Shown: positions 10,601 to 20,800 of the stretch, one piece after another | Layout: every line of letters begins with the position of its first letter | Numbering within the stretch: position 1 is the stretch's first letter | Assembly: GCF_000143415.4 (NCBI RefSeq) | Contig: NW_003314262.1 | Coordinates: 2,778,603 to 2,842,602, forward strand | DNA from: Selaginella moellendorffii | Lineage: Eukaryota; Plantae; Lycopodiophyta | Length of the DNA: 64,000 nucleotides | Direction: 5' to 3' | The notes under the pieces: generated by a model | The model's input: only the letters and a program-made list of their open reading frames with translations | What the model was told of the DNA's origin: nothing | The model's database searches: none | Position numbers and translations under genes: made by a program

Positions 10601-11994
10601 TATCTGTTGCATCGCCAAGCTAGAATGCTGCCCGGAGACGGCATAGAACTGGATGTTCTGATCGTTCAACACCTTCCTATTGATCAAGTCTGGAAACCTC
10701 GTCTCGCCCTTCATTGTTCGGTAGTAGGGGATCACGTCTGCGATGTCGGGTGTTACTGGACTTGCCAGCATCTTCTGCTTCAGTTTCTCCACCCACTCAT
10801 CAGATACTAGCCTGTGGTTGTATTTGCTTTGGATCTCGATACGGCTCACGTCGATTGTATATACTTTGTTGGAATAGTAACAAGTACTATTATCTGCGAC
10901 GATTTTTGCTGCCTCTTCTTGCTCTTTCTGCTCTTTGCGGCTCTTCTTTTTGGTGGGTGTAGTGTTCGAACCCGAGGCAATGGCATCACCGAGTAGCTTC
11001 TTTTTTGGAGCAGCAGAGTCAGACGTCGGCTTGAGCTTGACCACCCTTTTCTGCTTCGGGGTAGTTTCCAGATCGACCCCCTTCCCCTTCGCTTCGCAAA
11101 CTGGAGGCACTCTCAACGGCTCAATGTTGGAATATAGTTTTTGAACATCGCCGTAGGTGAGGTCCGTGGATTCCATGTGATCTTCATAGACCCGCAGCAT
11201 CTTTGAAATTGTGGGCCTCCTGGACAACCTCTCCCTAGCTCCCTCTAGGAATTCCTCATAGCCGCTGCCCCCCTCCGGGAAGCCGCTAGGATGTGCAAGG
11301 TGGATCTTGAAGGCGGACGCTGTCTCTACCACAAGTGCCAGTCCATATTCTTGCATGGAACTGCATGGAGTGTCTGTCACTTGGATGAGGATCCCCATGC
11401 ATTCTTTTCTCCCACCATCTGTGTTGTACAGCATCAGATCCTCGCCTTCCATCCCGAAAGTCCAACTGGTGAGCTCCTCCCCCTTCTCTGCATCCACATT
11501 GACAGTGGCTGGAAGAAGAACGCAATTCCTCGCCTGTTCAGAAATGCACAACAATTAGAGCTGACAGATGAAAAGCTAGCAGCTGGAAATAACGTGAGGC
11601 CACACGCCATTCACCACTGCATCAGATGTCTTGAGGCTGCATCCTAAGATGGCGTGAGGCTACACGCCATCTGTAACCGGACTGCACTCGAGAGCCCAAT
11701 CGGTGCATGCCAATGTTGCTACTGAATGGCATGTGGCCTCATGCCATTTTCTACTTGGCCTAAAAGACTTACCATTTGAAGCCGAATGGAGGCCGTGACA
11801 ATCGAGGCCGGACTCGCTGGCGAATGTGCACTGTGTGTGCAGCGGATCGTAGCAGCAAGGCTACTCTGCCACTTACAGTTGGAGAGTGGCGCTGAAATCT
11901 CCCGGGACGCCAAGTGGGCTGCGTGTGGGTGGCGGAGTGGGCGGCGGAGTTGGCGGCGAAGTTACAAACTGGGTGTGTCTTGAAGTGGACGCCG

Positions 11995-12170
11995 ATGCAC
12001 ACGAGCGCGATGCGAGCGCGAGTGTGATGCAAGCGCGAGTGGACGCCGATGCACACGAGAAACCTGTAGAGAAGGCGCAAATGTGAGCGTGATCGCGAGT
12101 GGGAGCGTGATGCGAGCGCGAGTGTGATGCGAGCGCGAGCGCGAGTGTGCGAGCGCGAGTACGATGCAAA
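11995..12170. repeat. CpG-rich GCGAGC/GCGAGT low-complexity repeat upstream of cargo gene
   Basis: gcgagcgcgagtgtgatgcgagc units read directly. Confidence 0.75.
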
Positions 12171-13375
12171 ATGCAAAACCTAACCTCACACGCGCGAAAT
12201 GTCACAACGGTTGGTAATCTCGCCACGTCATCATTCCTCGGACTTGGGCGCCACCATTAATTTCTGGATTGCCGCGCGCATACAAGCACGCAAAATCCAA
12301 AAGAAATCCGCAACGTCATCATTCCTCGGACTGCATGCACGCGAAATCCAAAAGAAAGATCATGATTGGGATATCATTTAATACCCTCGCTATATTTATA
12401 CCATGCATGATTGGATATTCCAAAGCATCTTGCATTTCCAAAAATGGCAGATGTTCAGCTAAATAAAGAAATTCTATCTGTTTCTATTTTTCTCTCAAAT
12501 CAATATTATAGCGTGTGGGCTCATGCAATTTTGAACCAAAGAAACCCAAAAAACGTTGGACCCAAAATATTTTGAAAAAACCCAAAAAACCCTAAACATT
12601 TTAAACCCAAAAATCCAGGCGTCCTGTGGCGTTATTCCTTGAATGGCATGTGGGCGCATGCCATTTTCAGGGCCAAATGCTGAATGGAGAAAAATTCCCT
12701 TTCAGTGCAAATGCTGCAAGAGGGAGATGCCGAGCACAAAGGACTGTAACTACCTCACATGACACAGATAAACTTTTCTCTATTTGGCAAAGATAAACTT
12801 TATAGCGTGTGGGCTCATGCAATTTTCAACCCAAAAAATGCACCAAAAAATTCTCGGCGTCATCTGGCGTTATCTCTTGAATGGCGTGGGGCCGCATGCC
12901 ATTTTCAGGGGCACATAGGAGTATATTCCTAGAATATTCTGACACGTGCGAGATTTTTTTGAGTTTTCTGGAGATCCAACCATTAGATCGCAACTAGATT
13001 TTACAGAATGGTATACAATGTCTTTCTTGATGACTCTGCAAAGAAGCATCTCGATCGGACACCACATGAGACCACACGAGCCTTACAATGTTTCAGGGGC
13101 ATTTGCCATAGATCCGACCGTTATTTTGCTCCAAGATTTTACAGTTTGGTGTGCATTGACCTTTCCATCGACACTGCAAAGGACATCACAATCAGATGCG
13201 GGATCACAAGAAACTAACTTCACTAACTCTGGTTTCACCAAGATCTACGTAAGGAGTTATGAAATGAAAGGACCCTCTCTATTGAAATGTGTTTATGGTC
13301 CTAGGGGCATTGTGACATATCAAAGAATTTTGCATCAAGTTCTGTATTTGCATGTTTATCAAGCTACTGAATTGT

Positions 13376-13408
13376 TAAACCCTAAACCCTAAACCCTAAA
13401 CCCTAAAC
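13376..13408 (+). repeat. Interstitial plant telomeric repeat (TAAACCC)4+ / telo-box cluster
   Basis: taaaccc x4 + taaac. Confidence 0.85.
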
Positions 13409-14738
13409 ATGTGGCAAATGCTGCGTGAAGAAAGATGCCCTTTCTGGGCAAATGCTGTAAGAGGCAGATGCCGAGCAGATGTATCTCAGGCTAGCGAAGG
13501 GGACAAACGAAAGCTAGCTATAAACATGACGGGATGCAAATAGATTACTAGGCTGGTCCTACGAAAATCAAAAACCATAATTGAAAACATTGAAAATGCA
13601 AAAAGAAAGGTTTATAATATTTTTGAATTTTAAGCAACCAAAGGAATGTAAGTAGGGCATGTGTTTGTAAGTTTAAAAATGCCTCAACCACTTAAATTCC
13701 CAAGTAAATAAAGCTGTTTCTATTTTTGGTACAGGTAAACTTTATAGCGTGTGGGCTCATGCAATTTTGAACCCAAAAATGCACCAAAAAATACTCGACT
13801 AGCATTATTCTTTGAATGGCGTGTGGCCTTATGTCGAGCATTATTCTTTGAATGGCGTGTGGCCTTATATTGCCATAAATGGACGTACACACACAGCATA
13901 ATTATTCCTTTACACGGCGAATAATCTTGGCGCGGATCGCTGACATGGCATGGCAAAGTTCGAATCACTGACATGGCACAGCTGGATCGAGGCAAGGACA
14001 TGATGTGACAAAGTTCAACCTCCGACAGCAAAGTCTAGAAGCTACTCAGTTTGAAATTTGTCAAAGGAATCATAAGATCTGGTTTGTCAGAGGATTTGAT
14101 GTGACATTCAAGCGTGTGTTATTTTTGAATTCTCGAACTCATTCCTAAGTCTATCATTTTTGTGCGCCGTGTTCTTGGTTCCGCTGAGCGCAGTGAGCGC
14201 TGCTTGTGTAAGCAGCGTTGTGGGCTGTGGTTTATGCGTCTACGAGCGGTTGCGGCATTGCGAGCGCCATTGCGAGTGGCAGTTTATGCGAGTGGCAGTT
14301 TGTGCGAGCGGTGCTACAAGCAGTTGCGGTGTTGCGAGCAGCGCTACGAGTAGTTGCGGTGTTGCGAGCGGCACTGTTTTTGGTGTGGCTACCGCTTCCT
14401 CTTGATATTCGGCACTTGTGCTTCCTGGTATGTTCACCATGGAATGGCTTAGGACCACATTTAGAAATGGCATGAGGCCACATGCCATCTTGGGCCCTTG
14501 CAATTTCATGGCTAGCGTATTGTCATGTATGTTTTTACTTGCCTGCAGCTGTGTGTATATCAAGATGGCATGAGGCCTCATGCCAATTTTGTGAATGCGA
14601 AATTTCACGTGGGTGTCAATAGCATGTTTGAATAATGGCATGTGGCCTCATGCTATTGAGGTTGTTTGGTATGTTATGATTTAGGCCATTCTCCAATCAT
14701 TTTTTGTATGGTCTTAACTTCTTTTCTGCACTTTCAGA

Positions 14739-17700
14739 ATGGCCTTCAGGGTTGGGGAAAAGGTTTACATTTTGAATGGTGGGAAGAGAGTTGCAAAAGG
14801 GACCCTTATGTCTATGGATCGGAACTTTGTTATACACTGTCAAAGGCTTGGGGAAGGCAATGCTGCTGTATCAGTAGAGACTGTCTTCGATGGGAATGTG
14901 GTCGCTATTGAACGAGGAGAGATGGTCGTCGGGGTAAATGTTGTTGTTGCCTTGAAAATTCTTCAGAAGAAAGCAGATGTTGGGGACAGCGCAAGTGCGA
15001 CGCATGTTCCCTCTGTGGATCTTAAGAACCGTGCTACATGGATTCAGGCAAAGGTGTTTCTAAACAACCCCGAGGGGGAGGTGGTAGCTGAGGGCTTAGC
15101 CACAGTTGTCGATCCAAGAGATGCAGTTGCTAATCAAGAATTGGGCTGGGATGATATTGGAGTTGCGATTTTAGAGGTTGTTGACACAGAAGAAAACAGT
15201 CTGACTATTGGAAGCATTGTGCGGTGGAAATTGAGGCACTTAGTGTTTGAGAATGTGAAGGATTCACAATCAAACACCACTACAACTGATGACAGAACAT
15301 CTCTTCATGGGAAAAGAAAGTACACCTTCCTAAAGCGCAGCCAAAGGGATCTGAGCAACGAACCGAAAAGGCAGAAAATGGCGATGGAGGTTCGAATGGT
15401 CTCAACAGTTGCTTGTTGCAAGAGGAGGTGCTGTCAACATGCTGATTGGGATGCTATTGAAGAGGAGAGAGCAAGATACAAGACATTGTCCTGGAAGGCA
15501 GCTCGCAATTTTGTGTATGAGGCATTACGGTCATCTGTTGATGCTTCAGAACATCAGGTGGGGGGCATGGTCTTCCAGAGGGGTTTGGTCTGCATGAAGG
15601 CATGGAGAATCATTTATGGAGTCCCTCGAACCACATTCTACATAATCAAAACTGAGTTCGAGGAACAAAGGGTTCAACAGGCAGTCCATGGGAATGACGG
15701 TACGCACAAAACCAGGGGTCATGTTGTATATGGAGAGGCAATCTTCAAGAGGTTTGTCGAGACATGTAGCGAGCAGCAACCACATAAAACCCGCCTCTTG
15801 GAAGATGGAACACGAGACCCAATGAGTTCTCCCTTCCATGTATACCAAGGGGGCCATATTGGAATATGTGAATCGGGAACTCCAGAGTAATGGCTACAGG
15901 AAGCTGAGCCAATCTAGATTTAGTAGATTGTGAAGCAACAGGTTCAGGGATGTGAGTATAGGAAAGTACTCCAGCTTTTCAAAGTGTGACGAGTGCACTG
16001 CTATCAAAATGGCTTTGTCGAAGAATTCTTGCAGCGCTCAAGAGCGAGAGACGTTGGTTAGAAGGCGGCTCGACCACAACATCGAGCAAAGAAGCTGCAA
16101 GACTGCATATTATCATAACAGGATTCTCTCCATGGAGAGACCTGACTCTTACCTCTGCATCATCCACGACAAAATGGACCAGAAAAAGACGTGCTTACCT
16201 CGACTCAATCCTGCCCCCAAGGCAATCTCTTCATCCATGCAGCTGCCTGTGTCTCTGTTTGGCATAATCGCTCATGGGCATGGTGCCCAGAACTATGGGA
16301 ACTTCTTTGTACCTCTATGGGGTGGCGGGGGTGCAAACATGATGATTGCGTCCCTAGCAAAACACTTAAGGTCTCTGCAAAGTGCGCAGACTGAGCTGAA
16401 CGGCCAACCCTTGCATAAGGCCCTTGTCAATCGAATCCCATACAGGGTTCAGCTGGAGGAGGAGCAAAGGCTTGCAGTATCGCGTGGGGCCCCATGCCAT
16501 CCCAGTGAATATGTTGGCCGTCAGATTGTAGGGTTATCAAGTGAGGCCTCATGCCATTCCGACGAAGCTGGTCGCCCGGTGAATGCACAGCCTCATCCAA
16601 ACGAAGCAGAATCTCAAGGAAGTTCTTGCGGCCGATGTGGCCTTCCACCCCATCTTCTGCTCCAAACAGACAATGCTGGCAGTGAGAACAAAAACATGTA
16701 CGTCTTCGCGTACTTGGCGATGCTTGTTGCCAAAGGCATATTTGAAACGGTTACACTTGGCTTTCTCATGGTTGGGCACACTCATGAAGATGTCGATGCC
16801 ATGTTCAGTCACCTGGCAGAGTCCCTCCGGCGATCCAATGTCCTCACCCTCCCACAACTCTACAATGAATTCCAAAATTGCATCAAAGGCACTGTTGAAG
16901 CTGCACTTCTGACAGAGGTTCCAGACTTTAAGGGGTTTGTAAGAGGCTACATCAGGGACGGATCCAAAACGCTGATTGGCCACTCCAAGCCTCTTCAGTT
17001 TCATTTCAGCATGTGTGACGGTGCTCCAGTGATGAGGTACAAGATGAGAGAATGGGACACAGTGTGGCTGCCAGTGGACGGCATTGAACTCTTCAAGAGA
17101 GATCCCATAACTGGGGAACCTATGATTCCTCAGGGTTCCCCACGGCCGATGCACCCGGATGGACTCAAAGACCAGGAAAGTATAGTGGCCGGGATTAGAC
17201 AGCATATTGCCTTTTGGAAGAGGGGGTTGGTGTTTGGTGGAGAATCCTATTTTCAGAGGTGCAAGCCTTTGCTCGAATACTGGGAGAAGATTATATCTGC
17301 TATCCAAAATGGGCCGGTTGTATATGAAGAATTGGAAGAGTCCTTTTGGCCAGAACCCAGAGCACCAGATAGTAGCGGAACAATGTCCTCTGGAAATGCA
17401 GTGACAGATAACGATGTTGAGGATCACTATTGTGGGCCGAGGAACAAGAAGCCGGATTCAGCATTCAATCCAGTACAGGTCTGCAAAGGAATGGTCGTGC
17501 TTGTCAGACCCAGTAATAAAAAACAAATGATATGGGTGGGGCGCTGCATCACTAATGCAGAGGAGGACGCGGAAACTAACTCCTTCAATGTAACTGTGGA
17601 GTGGTTCAAGCCAAGTTCCGGATATACGAAGCATTGCCTAGAAAAGAGATGGGTGCTGAATCCAAGGGATCCCAGCATGAGCATATCGGTGGATAATGTT

Positions 17701-17880
17701 GTGCATGGTTGGATGCAGAAGCAGAGTGCCACCATCACCTTGCCAGACCATGCAAGAGATGCAGCAAGAGCATTCATAACCCGGGTTCAAGGTGAGATTC
17801 ATGAATATTCCTTTACTAAGTTTCTAATGTATTTTATTTCAAGGTGAACAATCCGAATCTGAATCAGAGGAGGCGTGATG
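14739..17880 (+). pseudogene. Sola-type DDD transposase with two N-terminal Tnp1/En-Spm-like repeats; one frameshift and one stop
   Basis: CCKRRC, VCMKAWRIIYGV, HGN, KCDEC; catalytic-like IIHDKMDQ / QTDNAGSENKN / FLMVGHTHEDVDAMF; frameshift ~15830 and TGA at ~15931 between ORFs 14739-15890 and 15952-17847. Confidence 0.8.
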
Positions 17881-20800
17881 GCATGTGGCCTTACGCCATT
17901 CCTAGGTGAGATGATACAAATAACAAGTATAAATTCTTAGTTGTTCTAGCAAATCTTACTTAAAGTTCAAGGTGAACAAGCCGAATATGAATTCATCGGA
18001 TTGTTATAACAAATTGCGAGGTGATGGCATGAGGCGATACGCCATTTGAGAGTGGTAGCCATTCCTATATGAGGTGAGTGAAATATTTATTAGAAATACC
18101 TCATTCAATTGTGCACTTCTAAGTCTTGGTCCACTCAGTACTGTTTGCATGTTTCTATTTTAATTATTTCTCTAAAATGTTATTTAGCATGTGGCTTCAT
18201 GCCATTGCTCTCCACAATCATGCATTGAATTTTTCTATCCTTGCATAATACTTCTCCATATATATAGCATGTGCGCACATGTGATATGGTTCATTAGGCC
18301 TGATATAGTGTGTGAGGTAAAACAAAGATGATGTGACATATGCATTTACCAATCACACGTGCATAAATCTAATAATATGGCGTGTGGCCCATATTAATGG
18401 CACATAAACCCATATTGTGGGCTTACGTGCTTTATGTACCATCATTCCCTTGCAGCGTATGTGTTGGTTTCCTTTTATAACATAACGAACTCCATATTTT
18501 AGGGTGAAGAGCGTTCTCATGGCAAGCACAAAATCTGTAAGTGAGGCAGAAAAGGAGACGGAGAAGGAGATAGGTGAAGATGTAGAATATATAAGTCTTC
18601 CAAACTCCCCGTACTATACTCCAGGTGATCATTTTTCTGAACAAACGGCAACATTAACAACTATCGAGAACGCCCCAGTAACGTCAGAGACAACAATCCA
18701 AAGCAAAACAACTGACCCGGAGAAGGATGATAGTACCGCTGAGAGTACCAAAAAGGAGGTGTCCACTAGCGCTTAGGCTTATAATGGCGTGTGCCCTCAT
18801 GCCATTTACTTGATCACCAAATACCTTTTTCCCTTTGCACTAGTATATCTTAATACCGGTCTGAGAAATAGAATGGCATGTGCCCTTAGGCCTTTTACTA
18901 AATCACCTTTGAAAGAAATGCAAGCCTCTATGTCGTAAAAAAAAGGTACTAGAGAAATTCCTTAATAATATGAATGTTATTTAGTTTCATGAAAATACAC
19001 TAAGGGTCAAATGAGTTAAATGACTTCTCCAGACTAGCAATGCCTCTTGCTACACCTTCACAATTAGATTCGTTAGAAAAAGATAACATTGAATAATATC
19101 TAAATGTTCTCACCATTAAGTTATATGTCTGGCTAATAGGAATGACGTTCATCTTGGAAAGCTCACCACACGCTCAATGAACAAACAAATAGTGTGTGCG
19201 CGCATGCCATCGCTCTTCTTTAGCTTCAGATTCGGCTTGTTCACCTTGACAATGAGATTTATTATACAACCAGATGGACTCAGTCTGGACACAAAGTCAC
19301 CGCGCTAGTCACCATGCCCCAGATATGTCTAGCCCCTGGACAAAAAACATATAATTTCACGTCATTTTCAAATACTTGAAAATTTGTACCTAGTCCCATT
19401 TTACTGAATAAATCCCACTTTAACGAAATAGAGCTTCTTAGTGCCCTTCTAGTTTAAGTGCACATGTGATGACCAGTTTTTCAACTAACTTAGGTGGAAA
19501 CTAATAAAGTATCCAGCAATACCAACCTCTTGCCATCATGGCAGTAAGAAAAGAATATCCGAAAGGACAACCAACAAGTAACTTTCGATACTCGAAGTCA
19601 TATTCGTGACACAAGCACTCCTTATGGACAATCAAAGGTGCCCCTCACCTCCACTAATATGAGTGCATAGAATATGGAAAGGGAATATAGAAAATGTGTA
19701 TATCAATTAGCTTAAAAACCCTAATTTATATATAGGAGCAAGTAATCTGAATTAAAACCAATCCGATGGCTACCAAAGTCCCATTACGCTAATATTAGTA
19801 TATAGCATCATAACCGTACACTTGGCCCTTACCATTCTACTTTTTAATTTTGGTCTTTTACACAATAACTAAATTAATTATAGCTCCAAATAAAAACTAA
19901 GATAATTTTGGAGTTTTTTAGGCTTATTTAATAAAATTTTCATCTCTTCCTTTTCATTCTGTTGCAAAAAGAATTAGTTTAGAATATAGACAAATGGGTT
20001 AGAAAATGTTAGTAGTTACTTTTTTTCAGTTAGTTTAAAAGGAAAGAAATAAAATGTTTTATAGATATAAATGGTCTTAAACTACCAATAAGGCAAATGA
20101 AAATGGATTTATCTTTAATATAAGAGCTTGACATATCAATACTTTTGATGTGTGATATAAAAGTTAGATATTTGGACCAAATACAAAGTCAAAGTCGATT
20201 TGAGGCCATATTCAAAATAGTACCCTAAGTTGAAATGAATACTTGTGAAAGTTGTGAATGAGACACCTTTAAATAGTTGAAAGTGTGGTTAAATGATTAA
20301 AATAAAATGGAAAATTTTGTCACTTATATGTTCTTCCAAAGTTTTAATATTAATAATCAAAATAACAATAGTTAAATCTATTTTTATAAGTTTAATAATA
20401 TTATAGAACTCAAGGTAATAGAATACTCCTAATAATTTATAGATAATTAAAATACTTGTATGTATCTTTTAAAATGTAAAAATAAATAAAATTATTGTGT
20501 TTTAGTTTTGTCTTTAATGTAAATGGTTTCTTTTCATGATGAAATGAATTTATGTAGACTTTGATTTTGATTTGGAATCAGTTTCAAAATTGTATGTTTT
20601 TTTTGCAAGGTAAAATACACTTTGCAATCAAATCCATTTACAAAATTATATCCTAATCACAAGAATAGTCATTTTTTGTCATCTCAGGTTAAACCACCTC
20701 ATATTTATCCACCACTTCACACTATACAATGTAAAATTGTGGTCCAAAGTTCATGGCAATAACTTTGCTAGTAGCTCTACAAAGAAAAAATGAGTGAAAA

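Larger units (their letters stand above)
5189..11775 (-). pseudogene. Multi-exon transposon cargo gene: ParB/Srx-like + amino-MTase-like + acidic + FCP1-like; disabled
   Basis: ATG|GTAAG at 11775; GT-AG introns 11722-11772, 10301-10354, 8942-8991, 8812-8867, 8691-8739, 8500-8546; ORFs 10205-11554, 9737-10198, 9293-9685 and 8975-9265 are one frame separated by single stops; Cassandra insertion. Joining everything into one gene is inferred. Confidence 0.65.
5133..19210. repeat. Dispersed 22-bp palindrome ATGGCRTG-N6-CAYGCCAT, ~28 copies (some degenerate)
   Basis: Copies start at 5133, 6210, 6285, 8509, 8700, 8841, 10312, 11589, 11649, 11726, 12508, 12643, 12802, 12881, 13744, 13816, 13852, 14467, 14565, 14635, 16479, 16536, 17878, 18024, 18184, 18784, 18873, 19189. 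Confidence 0.92.
4747..19436 (+). mobile_element. 14.7-kb TIR DNA transposon, Sola-type (DDD transposase), with cargo gene
   Basis: Perfect 24-bp TIRs AAGCTCTATTTCGTTAAAGTGGGA (4747-4770 / 19413-19436); 4-bp TSD CTTA (4743-4746 / 19437-19440); internal transposase. Confidence 0.9.
3798..19840 (-). mobile_element. Gypsy 5' LTR (~1.35 kb: 3798-4746 plus ~19441-19840) split by the DNA transposon
   Basis: Begins TGTAG next to the PBS; a diverged ~170-bp internal repeat lies on both sides of the transposon (4556-4711 vs 19456-19610); ends CTAC near 19840 where homology to host spacer 35066+ begins. Confidence 0.55.

Noticed and set aside
8975-11554. Bacterial contamination or recent HGT island (ParB/MTase)
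   Set aside because: Gene has GT-AG introns and lies within a eukaryotic transposon nested in plant retroelement DNA; an ancient prokaryotic origin of the domains remains possible.
11769-12226. His/Arg/Ala-rich ORFs (also 14160-14641)
   Set aside because: Produced by GC-rich low-complexity repeats; no domain signal.
13376-13408. Chromosome end or healed break
   Set aside because: Only ~4.5 units, internal to an element with intact TIRs.
18504-18776. 90-aa acidic/Thr-rich ORF near the right TIR
   Set aside because: May be a terminal exon of the transposase transcript but has no ATG or recognisable domain; not supportable as a gene.
5133-19210. CRISPR-like array from the palindromic repeats
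   Set aside because: Irregular spacing from tens to thousands of bp, eukaryotic context, no cas genes.
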